From Hemiscyllium ocellatum (taxonomy: Eukaryota): a DNA stretch of 64,000 bases. The translations under genes were made by a program, and so were the position numbers. Shown in pieces: positions 37,093 to 49,999 of this stretch (its first letter is position 1; every line of letters begins with the position of its first letter). The notes below the pieces were generated by a model, which did not search any database, was not told the origin of the DNA, and worked only from the letters and a program-made list of their open reading frames with translations. Location of the stretch: NCBI RefSeq assembly GCF_020745735.1, contig NC_083440.1:27485278-27549277 (forward strand), read 5' to 3'.

Positions 37093-37362
37093 GAGTCAGG
37101 TGTTACTAGGGGACATAGCTTTAAATTAAGGGGTGGTAGGTATAGGACAGATGTTAGGGGTAGATTCTTCACACAGCGGGTTGTGAGTTCATGGAATGCC
37201 CTGCCCGTATCTGTGGTGAACTCTCCTTCTTTATGTTCATTTAAGCAGGCATTGGATAGGCATTTGGAAGTTATTGGGCTAGTATAGGTTAGGTAGGACT
37301 CGGTCGGCGCAACATCGAGGGCCGAAGGGCCTGTACTGCGCTGTATCCTTCTATGTTCTATG
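37093..37362 (+). mobile_element. 5'-truncated CR1 LINE 3' end inserted in the satellite
   Basis: TRGHSFKLRGGRYRTDVRGRFFTQRVV (CR1 ORF2 C-terminus), 3' UTR, and a (ttctatg) tail. Confidence 0.92.
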
Positions 37363-40300
37363 ATATCCATGCACACGCTAACTATGGACATGCTAACTAT
37401 GGAGACAGTAACTATGGACACGGTAACTATGGACATGATAACTATGGAGACAGTAACTATGGACATGGTAACTATGGACACAGTAACTATGGACATGCTA
37501 ACTATGGACATGCTAACTATGGACATGATAACATGCATACAATTACTATGGATACACTAACTATGGACACGGTCACTATGGACATGATAAACATGCACAC
37601 GATTACGATGGACACAGTAACTATGGACACGGTAACTATGGACATGCTAACTATGGACGTGATAACCATGCACACACTAATTATGGACATGCTAACTATG
37701 GACACGGTAACTATGGACATGCTAACTATGGACACAGTAACTATGGACACGGTAGCTATGGACATGATAAACATGCACACGATTACTATGGACACGGTAA
37801 CGATGGACACGGTAACTATGGATATGATGAACATGCACACGATTACTATGGACACGGTAACTATGGTCACGATAATTACAGACGCGATAATTATGTACAC
37901 AGTAATTATGGACTTGGTAATCATGGACATGGTAACTATGGACACAGTAACTATGGACATGATAAACATGCACACAATTACTATGGATACACTAACTATG
38001 GACACGGTCACTATGGACATGATAAACATGCACATGATTACGATGGACACAGTAACTATGGACACGGTAACTATGGACATGGTAACTATGGACATGCTAA
38101 CTATGGACGTGATAACCATGCACACGCTAACTATGGACATGCTAACTATGGACACGGTAACTATGGACATGCTAACTATGGACACAGTAACTATGGACAC
38201 GGTAGCTATGGACATGATAAACATGCACACGATTACTATGGACACGGTAACGATGGACACGGTAACTATGGATATAATGAACATGCACACGATTACTATG
38301 GACACGGTAACTATGGACACGGTAACTATGGTCACGATAATTACAGACGCGATAATTATGTACACAGTAATTATGGACTTGGTAATCATGGACATGGTAA
38401 CTATGGATGCGGTAACTATGGACACGGTAACTATGGACATGCTAACTATTGACATGGTAACTATGGACATGGTAACTATGGACACGGTAACTATGGACAC
38501 GGTAACTATGGACATGATAAACACGCACACGATTACTATGGACACAGTAACTATGGACATGCTAACTATAGACATGCTAACTATGGACATGATAAACATG
38601 CACACGATAACCATGTACATGATAACTATGGACATGGTAAATATGGAGCCGGTAGCTATGGACACAGTAACTATTTACACGGCAAATATGGACACGATAA
38701 CTATGGACATGCTAACTATGGACATGATAAACATGCACACAATTACTATGGATACAGTAACTATGGACACGGTAACTATGGACATGGTGACTATGGACAC
38801 AGTAACTATGGACACGATAACCATGCACACGCTAACATTGGACATGCTAACTATGGACACGGTAACTATGGACTTGGTAATCATGGAGATGGTAACTATG
38901 GATGCGGTAACTATGGACACGGTAACTATGGACACGGTAACTATGGTCACGATAATTACAGATGCGATAATTATGTACAGGGTAATTATGGACTTGTTAA
39001 TCATGGACCTGGTAACTATGGATGTGGTAACTATGGACACAGTAACTATGGGCACAGTAACTATGATTACGGTAACTAGGGATACAATAATTATGGACAC
39101 AGTAACTATGGACATAGTTACAATGGATTCAGTAACTACAGACACTGTAACTATGGATACAGTAACTATGGACATGGTAACTAAGGACAAGGTAACTATC
39201 GACATGGTAACTACCGTCATGGTAACTATGGACATGGTAATGATGGACATGATAATTGTGGACGCAGTAATTATGGACACGATTATTATGGACATGGTAA
39301 TTATGGATACGGGAATTATGAACATGGTAACTATGCACATGGTAACTATGGACACAATAATTATGGACACGGTAACTATGGATACAGTAAGTATGGATAC
39401 AGTAAGCATGGGCAGGATAACTATGGACATGGTAACTATGGACACGGTAACTATGGACATGATAAACATGCACACGATTACTATGGACACGGTAACTATG
39501 GACATGGTAAATATGGAGCCGGTAGCTATGGACACAGCAACTATGGACATGCTAACTATGGACACGGCTAATATGGACACGATAACTATGGACATGCTAA
39601 CTATGGACACGATAACCATGGACATGCTAACTATGGACACGATAAACATGCACACAATTACTATGGATACAGTAACTATGGACACGGTAACTATGGACAT
39701 GGTAACTATGGACACAGTAACTATGGACACGATAACCATGCACACGCTAACATTGGACATGCTAACTATGGACACAGTAACTATTGACACGATAACTATG
39801 GACATGATAAACATGCACACGATTACTATGGACACGGTAACTATGAACACGGTAACTATGGTCACCATAATTACGTGCATGGTAAATATGGACTTGGTAA
39901 TCATGGACATGGTAACTATGGATGCGGTAACTATGGGTACAGTAACTATGGACAGAGTAACTGTGGTCACGGTAAATATGGACACGATAACCATGGACGC
40001 GGTAACTATTGACACGGTAATTATGGACAGGGTAACTATGGATGCGGTAAGTATGGACATGGTAACTATGGACACGGTAACTATGGTCACGATAATTAGG
40101 GACGCAATAATTATGTACATGGTAATTATGGACATGGTAATCATGGACATGGTAACTATGGACACAGTAACTATGGACACAGTAAATATGGAAACGATAA
40201 CAATGGACACAGTAACTATGGTCACGATAATTACGGACGCAATAATTATGTACAAGGTAATTATGGACTTGGTAATCATGGACATGGTAAATATGGATGC

Positions 40301-42279
40301 GGTAACTATGGATGCGGTAACTATGGACACGGTAACTATGGGCACGGTAACTATGGTCACGATAATTACGGACGCGATAATTATGTACACGGTAATTATG
40401 GACTTGTTAATCAGGGACCTGGTAACTATGGATGTGGTAACTATGGACACAGTAACTATGGGCACGGTAACTATGACTACGGTAACTAGGGATACAATAA
40501 TTATGGTCGCAGTAACTATGGACATAGTAACAATGGATTCAGTAACTACAGACACGGTAACTATGGATACAGTAAATATGGACATGGTAACTAAGGACAA
40601 GGTAACTATGGACACGGTAACCACCGTCATGGTAACTATGGACATGGTAATGATGGACACGATAATTGTGGACGCAGTAATTATGGACATGATTATTATG
40701 GACATGGTAATTATGGATACGGGAACTATGGACATGGTAACTATGCACATGGTAACTATGGACATAATAATTATGGACACGGTAACTAGGACACGGTAAC
40801 TATGGATTCAGTAAGTATGGATACAGTAAGCATGGGCAGGATAACTATGGACATGATAACTATGAACACGATAATTATGGACACGGTAACTATGGACACA
40901 GTAACTATTGACATGATAACTGTGGACATGGTAACAATGGGCAAGATAACGATGGACACGATAATTATGGAAAGGGTAACTATGGACATGATAACTATGG
41001 ACACAGTAACTATGGATACGGTAACTATGGACATGATAACTGTGGACATGATAACTATGGACACGGTAACTATGGACATGATAACTATGGACATGGTAAC
41101 TATGGACACGGTAACTGGACACAGTAACTATGGAGACAGTAACTATGGACACGGCAACTATGGACACAGTAACTATGGACATAGTAACTATGAACGTGAT
41201 AACTATGGACACGGTAACTATGGACACAGTAACTATGAACATGATAACTGTGTACACAGTATCTATGGACACGATAATTATGGACACGATAACTATGGAC
41301 ACGGTAAGTATGGACACAACAACTATGAACATGATAACTGTGGACACAGTATCTATGGACACGGTAACTATGGACACGATAATTATGGACAGGGTAACTA
41401 TGGACATGATAACTGTGGACATGGTAACTATGGACATAGTAACTATGAACGTGATAACTATGGATACGGTAACTATGGACATGATAACTATGGACACGGT
41501 AACTATGGACACAGTAACTATGAACATGATAACTGTGGACACAGTATCTATGGGCATGATAACTATGGACACGATAACTATGGACACGGTAACTATGGAC
41601 ATGGTAACTATGGACATGGTAACTATGGATATGATAACTATGGACACGGTAACCATGGACACAGCAATTCTGGACATCATTTGGACACAGACAAAATTAA
41701 ACAAGTCAAAAAGGGAAAAAAAAGAATGAAATGGAACCTATTGTGAGGGAATGGGAACCAAAGAGAAACCGAATGAGAAATAGGTTTGGCTGTTTAATGA
41801 ACAGAAATCAGAACATCGCAAAGACCCACAATCTGAGGAGCACAAGGATGGAGATGATTCATTCTGGATTGGTTAGGTTGGAGTGGAATCCCTCCAGTGT
41901 GGAAACAGGCCTCTCGGCCCAACCAGTCCACTGACCAGCATCTCACCCAGACCCATCCTCTTCCCCTATCCCTGTAACCGCGCCTTTCCCATGGCTAACT
42001 CAACTCAACCCAGACATGCGTGATCCCTCAGGGCAATCCAGCGTGGCCAATCCACCCAGTCTGCACCTCTTCAGACTGCCGGCTGCTGTAGTTTGGGTGC
42101 TGAATGAGCTGTGGTACCAGGGGCCCTCCCACCTACACAAATTGTAAAGGTGACCGCACCTAGCACCAAGATAAGGTGTCCGAGGACTCACAGATGTAAG
42201 TGGGAAGGGTCTGGGCAAGGGGAGGAGACGTGAGCTCTGCTCCGGCCATGGACCGAAGGTGCACGTTGAATTCAATTTC

Positions 42280-42500
42280 GGGGGCAAGTCTTCCCCATTA
42301 AGACATTGTGGTGAAAACCTGTCTGATTCACTCGTGCGCTGTGGGTGAGGGAAGTTTGCCATCCTTCCCTGGTCTGGCCTACATGTGACTCCACACCCTC
42401 CCCAGCAGTGTGGTTGACGCAGAACTGCCCTCTGGGTAATTAGGGATGGGTAATAAATGGCAGCCCAGCTAGCGATGCCGCCAACCTGTGAACATATTCA
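42280..42500 (+). mobile_element. Decayed LINE/SINE 3' tail
   Basis: ctggtctggcctacatgtgactcc...aattagggatgggtaataaatg resembles the tail of the LINE ending near 11105. Confidence 0.55.
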
Positions 42501-43852
42501 AGTAAATTTCTCCAGGCTTGGTAAACATCCTTTGCCAACTCTACAAATTCAGTTCCCAGTTCAACAGCTCGGTCAGACGCAGCTCAGATTTGTTAGTTGC
42601 TTCTGATGAGTTGTATGAGGTGTTCACCTGAGATTGTCACTGTTTATTCACTTGTTACGGACTGGGGAAGGTATACAGTCAGAGAACCTTTTCAGAAACA
42701 GGCCATTCAGCTAACTGTGCCAAGCCAGCCCTCTGAAAGATGTCCCACACTGCCCAATCTTCAGGACCCCACCCTTACCATGGGCAATCCCACCTATTCC
42801 CCGTACACAACAGCAAATCCTACACAGCTGCAGATTTCTGGACTGCGGAAGGAAACTCAGAGAGGCAAACGAAGAGTGTGCTAACACCATACACCCTCTC
42901 ACACACATTCACGCTCTCTCTCACACTCACACATGCACACATACTCCCTCACAAAAACTCACGCACACATACACTCACACACACAGACATACTCTCTCTC
43001 ATACACACAGGCACAGACACACACACTTTCTCTCTTACACACACACACAGACACCCACACTTCTCTCACACCCACTCATGCACACACACACACTCACACA
43101 GACACACACACACTCTGANNNNNNNNNNNNNNNNNNNNNNNNNNNNNNNNNNNNNNNNNNNNNNNNNNNNNNNNNNNNNNNNNNNNNNNNNNNNNNNNNN
43201 NNNNNNNNNNNNNNNNNNNNNNNNNNNNNNNNNNNNNNNNNNNNNNNNNNNNNNNNNNNNNNNNNNNNNNNNNNNNNNNNNNNNNNNNNNNNNNNNNNNN
43301 NNNNNNNNNNNNNNNNNNNNNNNNNNNNNNNNNNNNNNNNNNNNNNNNNNNNNNNNNNNNNNNNNNNNNNNNNNNNNNNNNNNNNNNNNCACAATCCCAA
43401 CCTCTCCTCTGCGGTTAATTGAATGAAGCAGTAAGTGTAAACACAGCTCACACTGCCATCCAGTGCCTCATTCCTCAAAAGCTAGCAATACCCTCCTGGC
43501 CCAGAGACAGGACAGCGATTGGATGAGATGAGTTTTAATCAACACCTTCCATGACCATCGGCTCCTGAGGCAAGGCTTGAACCAGAAATGTCTGGCCCAG
43601 GCGTAGGGGCACCATGACTGGGACACGAGGATGGACCCTGTTTGTCAGCATTGAAAGGCTGCTCGGAGCTGAGACCAAAGACGGAAGAGCATTGGGAGAG
43701 GGTGCAGAAAAGTAACCGGTTCCTAACCCCTCAAGGAGTACATGAGTCAGCAAGGTGTTTCGACCAACCTGTGGTAGGCACGGGGCTATGAGCAAACATT
43801 GGAGAGAAAGAGGCGGGGAAATACACTCAGAAGGGGATGGCTCTGAAATGCT

Positions 43853-44335
43853 AAATTACCCGTAAGGCTAAGGGATGTGTAGGTTAGGGTGGGTTGGCCA
43901 TGCTAAATTACCCATAGTGTTCAGGGATGTATAGGTTAGGGTGGATTAGCCATGCTAAATTACCCCATAGTGTTCAGGGATGTGTAGGTTAGGGTGGATT
44001 GACCATGCTAAATTACCCATAGTGCTCAGGGATGTGCAGGTTAGGATGGATTGGCCATGCTAAATTACCCATAGTGTTCAGGGATGTGTACGTTAGGGCG
44101 GATTGGCCATGCTAAAATACCTCCATAGTGTTCAGGGATGTGCTGGTTAGGGTGGATTGGACATGCTAAATTACCCCATAGTGTTCAGGGATGTGCAGGT
44201 TAGGGTGGATTGGCCATGCTAAATTACCCATAGTGCTCAGGGATGTGCAGGTTAGGGTGGAATGGCCATGCTAAATTACCCATAGTGCTCAGGGATGTGT
44301 AGGTTAGGGTGGTTTGGCCATGCTAAATTACCCCT
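43853..44335. repeat. ~52-bp tandem repeat, probably derived from a shark SINE body
   Basis: About 9 units of cagggatgtgcaggttagggtggattggccatgctaaattacccatagtgtt. Confidence 0.85.
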
Positions 44336-44339
44336 CATG

Positions 44340-44950
44340 GATCAGAGAACTATACAGCGCAGAACAGGCCCTGCATCCCTCTACGTTGCACCGACCCACG
44401 AACTCGTCTAAGCCCATCCCCCTACACTACCCCATCATCATCCATGGGCTTATCTAAGGACTGTTTAACTCTCCCTAATGTGGCTGTGTTCACTACATTA
44501 GCAGGTAGGGCCCTCCTCACCCTTCCCACTCTCTGTGTAAAGAACCTGCCTCTGACATCTGTCTGAAATCTATCACCCCCCAATTTGTAGTTATGTCCCC
44601 CTCGTAACAGCAGACGTCATCATCCTCAGAAACACACTCTCACTGTCCACCCTATCTAATCCTCTGACCATCTTGTATGTCTCTATCAAATCCCCCCACT
44701 TAACCTTCTTCTCTCCAATGAGAATAGCCCCAAGTCTCTCAGTCTTTCCTCATAAGACATTCCCTCCAGACCAGGCAACATACTGGTAAATCTCTTCTGC
44801 ACCTTTTCCAATGTTTCCACGTCCTTCCTATAATGGGGCGACCAGAACTGTACACAATATTCTGAGTGCAGCCGCACCAGCGTTTTGTATAATTGCAGCA
44901 TGACATTGCAGCTCTGGAACTCAATCCCTCTACCAATAAAACCTAACAAA
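44340..44950 (-). mobile_element. CR1 LINE 3' fragment
   Basis: YKTLVRLHSEYCVQFWSPHYRKD...LGLFSLERRRL. Confidence 0.9.
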
Positions 44951-44954
44951 CCTA

Positions 44955-46850
44955 ACAATGGGAAGGCTACAAACACAAACAGAGGATAACAAGGAGAGAA
45001 ATAAGGAAGGAGAGGATCAACTATGAAGGTAGGCTAGCCAGTAATATTAGGAATGATAGTAAAAGTTTCTTTCTATATATAAGAAACAAACAACAGGCAA
45101 AAGTAGACATTTGGCCATTTCAAACTGATGCTGGAAGCCTAGTGATGGGAGATAAGGAAAGAGCTGGAGAATTTAATACGCACTTTGCGACTGTCTTCAC
45201 AGTGGAAGACATGAGTAATATCCCAACAATTAAAGGGATTCAGGGGGCCGAGTTGAGTATTGTTGCCATTATAAAAGAGAAAGTGCTAGAAAAGCTAAAA
45301 GGTCTTAAAATTGACAAATCTCCTGGCCCCGATGGGATACATCCTAGAGTTCTGAGGGAGGTGGCTGAGGAAATAGCAGTGGCATTGGTTGAGATCTTTC
45401 AAAAGTCACTGGAGTCAGGGAAACTCCTGGATGATTGGAGGATCGCTGTTGTAACCCTCTTGTTCAAGAAAGGATCAAGACAAAAGATGGAAAATTATAG
45501 GCCAATCTTGGTTGTTGGTAAAATTCTAGAATCCATCATTAAGGATGAGGTTTCTAAATTCTTGGAAGAACAAGTCAACATGGATTTAGTAAGGGGAGGT
45601 CATGCCTGACAAAACTGTTGGAATTCTTTGAAGAGGTGATAAATAGATTAGACTAGGGAAACCCAGTGGATGTGGTCCATTTAGACTTCCAAAAGGCCTT
45701 TGATAAGGTGCCACACGGGAGGCTGCTGAGCAAGGTGAGGGCCCATGGTGTTCCAGGTGAGCTACTGGGATGGACTGAGGATTGGCTGTCTGACAGAAGG
45801 CAGAGAGTTGGGATAAAAGGTTCTTTTTCAGAATGGCAGCCGGTGACAAGCGGTGTCCCGCAGGGTTCAGTGTTGGGGCCGCAGCTGTTCACATTATATA
45901 TTAATGATCTGGATGAAGGGACTGGGGGCATTCTAGCGAAGTTTGCCGATGATACGAAGTTAGGTGGACAGGCAGGTAGTACTGAGGAGGTGGGGAGGCT
46001 GCAGAAGGATCTAGTCAGTTTGGGAGAGTGGTCCAGGAAATGGCTGATGGAATTCAACGTGAGCAAATGCGAGGTCTTGCACTTTGGAAAAAAGAATAAA
46101 AGCATCGACTACTTTCTAAATGGTGAGAAAATTAGTAAAGCCAAAGTACCAAGGGATCTGGGAGTGCAAGTCGAGGATTCTCTAAAGGTAAACATGCAGG
46201 TTGAGTCTGTGATTAAGAAAGCGAATGCAATGTTGTCATTTATCTCAAGAGGGTTGGAATATAAAAGCACCGTTGTGCTACTGAGACTTTATCAAGCTCT
46301 AGTTAGGCCCCATTTGGAGTACTGTGTCCAGTTTTGGTCCCCACACCTCAGGAAGGACATACTGGCACTGGAGCGTGTCCAGCGGAGATTCACACGGATG
46401 ATCTCTGGAATGGTAGGTCTAACATACGGGGAACAGCTGAGGATCCTGGGATTGTATTCATTGGAGTTTAGAAGATTAAGGGGAGATCTAATAGAAACTT
46501 ACAAGATAATACATGGCTTGGAAAGGGTGGACACTAGGAAATAGTTTCCGTTCGGCGGGGAGACTAGGACCCGTGGACACAGCCTTAGAATTAGAGGGGG
46601 TCAATTCAGAACAGAAATGCGGAGACATTTCTTCAGCCAGAGAGTGGTGGGCCTGTGGAATTCATTGCCACAGAGTGCAGTGGAGGCCGGGACGCTAAAT
46701 GTCTTCAAGGCAGAGATTGATAAATTCTTGATGTCACAAGGAATTAACGGCTACGGGGAACATGCAGGTAAGTGGAGTTGAAAGGCCCATCAGCCATGAT
46801 TGAATGGCGAAGTGGACTCGTTGGGCTGAATGGCCTTACTTCCACTCTTA
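44955..46850 (+). mobile_element. 5'-truncated CR1 LINE, ORF2 RT with internal deletion
   Basis: KSPGPDGIHPR, DFQKAFDKVPH, PQGSVLGP, FADD and LEYCVQFWSP, plus a 3' UTR. Confidence 0.95.
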
Positions 46851-46859
46851 TAGTCTTAT

Positions 46860-47075
46860 CGTCTAACACACCGTATACCTTCTTAACAGCACTAACCACC
46901 TGGGTGGCAACGTTCAGGGATCTATGTCCATGGACTCCAAGATCTCTCTGCACATCCACACTCCCAAGAATCTTTCTATTGACCCAGTTTTCTGCCTTCC
47001 TGTTATTCTTCCCAAAGTGCATCACCTCACATTTAGCTGCATTGAACTCCATTTGCCACCTCTCAGCCCAATTCT
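46860..47075 (-). mobile_element. CR1 RT fragment
   Basis: MEFNAAKCEVMHFG...VDVQRDLGVH. Confidence 0.85.
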
Positions 47076-47164
47076 AATGCCGTGAATGTCCCCCAGGTGA
47101 GGACTGGCTCCCTTCTGTATGCACCCACCCTCCCTTGGTTAGTCACAACGAGGTTGATTTAAAG

Positions 47165-47815
47165 ACGGTCCCTTTCAGAGTCACGGGATCCTACGGCTCG
47201 GAAACAGACCCTTCAGCCCAACACGTCTGTGCTGACTGTAATCCCAAACCAAGCTATTCCCACCTGCCTGCTCCTGGCCCACGTCCCTCCAACCCTTTCC
47301 TATTCATGTCTCTGTCCTTATCCAAAAATGTCTTTTAAACGTTAGAATGGATCCACGGCCACCATTTCCTCAGGAAGGTCATTTCACACATGAACCACTC
47401 TCTGTGTAAAAATAAAATTGCCCTCATGACAGTTATCATTCACCCAATCTATCCCCCTTATTATTTTACAATCCTCTATAAGGTCACCCCTCATCCTCTG
47501 ACACTCCAGGGAAAACAGCCCCAGCCTATCCAGCCTCTCCCCAGCCTATCTAGCTCAAACCCTCCAACCCCGGCAACATCCCGGTAAATCCCTTCCGACC
47601 CCCTCTCCAGTTTAATAATCACCTTCCTGTAACAGGGCAACCGGAACTGGACACAGTGCTCCAGACGGGACCTCACCAATGTCCTGTACAACCCCACCAT
47701 AATGTCCCAAACTCCTACACTCAACGGGCTGAGCAATGAAGGCTAGTGTGCAAAACGCCTTCTTCACCCCCTGACTACATGACACAAACTTCAAAGACTG
47801 ATATACCTGACCCGC
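47165..47815 (-). mobile_element. Decayed CR1 3' fragment
   Basis: LYRTLVRSRLEHCVQF and a CR1-like 3' UTR. Confidence 0.75.
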
Positions 47816-47994
47816 GCCCCCTCTGTCTGTCTGCTCTCCAACACTACCCAGGGCCGTACCATTAACTGTAAAAGTCCTGCCCTTTATCTTTCACTCCCTT
47901 TCTCATGGTCTTTCCTTTAAAAGGAATTATTTCCCCAGGCTCTCCTCAATCAACAGCGTTACTGAACATGGGTCAAATATCTAACACCGGGCAC

Positions 47995-48590
47995 GAATAT
48001 ATACACACACACACACATACAAACACACACGTATATACACATGCACACAGACACGCACGTATATATATGCACACACAGACACACACACATATATACACAC
48101 ACACGCAGACTCAAACACATGAACGTATATATACACACACACACGTATATACACATGAACACAGATACACACATGCACATATATATACACACAGACACAT
48201 ACTCACACGCATGTACACACATGTATATACACACGCACACAGACACACATGCACATATATATACACACGCGCACATATATATGCACACACATGTATATAC
48301 ACACGCACACAGACACACGCCCACGTATATATACACACATGCATGCACGTATATACACACAANNNNNNNNNNNNNNNNNNNNNNNNNNNNNNNNNNNNNN
48401 NNNNNNNNNNNNNNNNNNNNNNNNNNNNNNNNNNNNNNNNNNNNNNNNNNNNNNNNNNNNNNNNNNNNNNNNNNNNNNNNNNNNNNNNNNNNNNNNNNNN
48501 NNNNNNNCGTATATACATACACATGTATACACACGGACAGACACAAACATACACGCATATACACACACACTCTCACACACGCACAGTCTC
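47995..48590. repeat. (CA/TA)-rich compound microsatellite
   Basis: Directly visible; partly N. Confidence 0.9.
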
Positions 48591-48614
48591 ACAAACAGAT
48601 GAGAAACAGGAGGT

Positions 48615-48624
48615 GGAAGTGAAA
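48615..48624 (+). promoter_or_regulatory. Candidate ETS-IRF composite element (EICE) upstream of the copy-2 B7-like gene
   Basis: Exact GGAAGTGAAA in non-repetitive sequence about 1 kb upstream of the leader exon. Confidence 0.4.
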
Positions 48625-48806
48625 AAGGTGACTGGCCGATCAGTCCCTGAATTGTTCACAAAGAGCAGACAGACTGAGTGTTGCTGCTGTTGTGAGGCAG
48701 GTACAGGTCAGCGTCGATGATGGAAATGGTCCAGTCACTTTCACAGTCCTTCAGTTCGCAGAGTGGTCCAGAGTCTGGGGCTCTGATACCTTCGGACCAG
48801 GATTGA

Positions 48807-48813
48807 ATGCAGA
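48807..48813 (+). CDS. Possible start-codon micro-exon end (ATG CAG A|gtgaga) of the B7-like gene
   Basis: Phase 1 donor that fits the leader exon, which has no suitable ATG of its own. Speculative. Confidence 0.25.
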
Positions 48814-49049
48814 GTGAGAGAGCATCCTTTCGGTTCCTTGCGGCACCCTGAGTGAGAGAGGCTCCTCCTTTACCTGCCTCACAGGGGTAGCGAGGGGATA
48901 ATTGTCTATCTGTGACCTTCACAGAGGGAGCTAACGCTCAGATCAAAGCTGGGGCGCACAAGTCCCACAAGCAAACTCCAGTACAGTTGAAACTGGCCTT
49001 GTATTCTGTTACGGGAAAACCATAAAATGTATTGATAACTCACAGAGAG

Positions 49050-49660
49050 GCTGTTGTGTCTTTCTGTCTGTCTCTCTCTCTTTTTCTCTGTTTCTCTCTG
49101 TTTTTCTCTCTCTCTCTGTTTCTCTCATTCTCTCTCCCTTTACCTCTCTCACTCTTGCCCCCCTCTCAGTGTCAGTCTCCTTCTCTTCCCCTCTCTCTGC
49201 CTCTTGCTGTCAATCTTGCTGGCTGTCTCCATATTTCTGTCTCTATCTCTCTCTCTCTCTACATCTCTCTCTTTCTCCCTCCCCCTCGCACTCTCTCTTT
49301 CGCCTTCTCTCTTTATCGCTGTCTCTCCCTCCACATCTCTCTCTCTCCCTGTATCTCTCTCTCTCTGTCTCTCTGTCTCCCCCTTTCTCTAATTCTCACA
49401 CTATCTCTGTCTCTCCCTCACTTTTCTGTCTCTCTTCCCCACTCTCTCTTTCTCTCTGTCTGCCTGTCTGTTTCCTTCTCTCTCTCTCTCTCTCTCTATC
49501 TGCCTGTTTGTCTCTCTCTCTCTCTCTCTCCCTCTCCCACATGCTGTCTCTCTCACTCTCCCATATCTCTTGTAATTTCTCGCTCCTTCCATTTCTCACC
49601 CACTCTCCCATTAATTATTGTTCCTGCTATGTTCTGATTTTTTTTCTCTCTCTCTCCTCT
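49050..49660. repeat. (CT)n-rich tract ending in the leader-exon polypyrimidine tract
   Basis: Directly visible. Confidence 0.9.
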
Positions 49661-49664
49661 TTAG

Positions 49665-49736
49665 GGATTAATTTAAATAGGACAAAAGAAAAGACATTCC
49701 TGATTATAATGCTACTAAGTTTTCCACCCATATCAG
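49665..49736 (+). CDS. Leader (signal peptide) exon of the B7-like gene, copy 2
   Basis: Strong acceptor (ctctcctctttag|) and donor (|gtaaga). 72 nt, phase 1-1: xINLNRTKEKTFLIIMLLSFPPIS(A), splicing in frame to the IgV exon (AMDKV...). Confidence 0.8.
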
Positions 49737-49999
49737 GTAAGACAAAATTGTGTTTCAAAACCATGAAAATTATCGGAAGTTTACAGCGCAGAGCGAGCAC
49801 ATCTAATCCCGAACCATTGAGTAAACGCTCGGTATTAGTAAAACGTGGCCAAACTGACAGGGCCATCTCGTGTTTACTGCTTATCAATAACTCCCATGTC
49901 TTCATTATTGTAACAAAGATGCAGGACAGGGTGATGCGTTGTGACTGAAGGGTGTGGGAGATCCTGGATGTTATCCTGAACCAAGGCTCCCTCTGGCTC

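Larger units (their letters stand above)
23241..41690. repeat. ~18.4-kb satellite of a 15-bp monomer (ACTATGGACACGGTA) with kb-scale higher-order repeats
   Basis: About 1,200 monomers. The ORF track gives identical 83-aa translations at 28993, 30928, 33358, 35518 and 37722. Confidence 0.97.
1..49734. repeat. Tandem segmental duplication, unit copy 1 (~49.7 kb period)
   Basis: Position 1 (aggtaagaca) aligns with 49735. The IgV exons are offset by 49746. The same order of Gypsy remnant, IgV, minisatellites, GPCR, LINE, LTR and 15-bp satellite recurs. The left boundary may lie outside the window. Confidence 0.93.

Noticed and set aside
26725-37287. 3,520-aa (MDTVT)n ORF and the antiparallel (SIVTV)n ORFs as giant mucin-like or membrane proteins
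   Set aside because: None of the consensus codons in either frame (ATG GAC ACG GTA ACT; TCC ATA GTT ACC GTG) is one substitution from a stop, so long ORFs are expected without selection. The frames are broken by frameshifts and by PLE and CR1 inserts, and no flanking domains or splice sites were seen.
43853-44335. Interstitial telomeric repeat
   Set aside because: Only one TTAGGG per 52-bp unit; no tandem hexamers.
44340-46850. Head-to-head CR1 pieces as one twin-primed inverted insertion
   Set aside because: Each piece has its own, different 3' end and they overlap in ORF2 content while being clearly diverged, so they are independent insertions.
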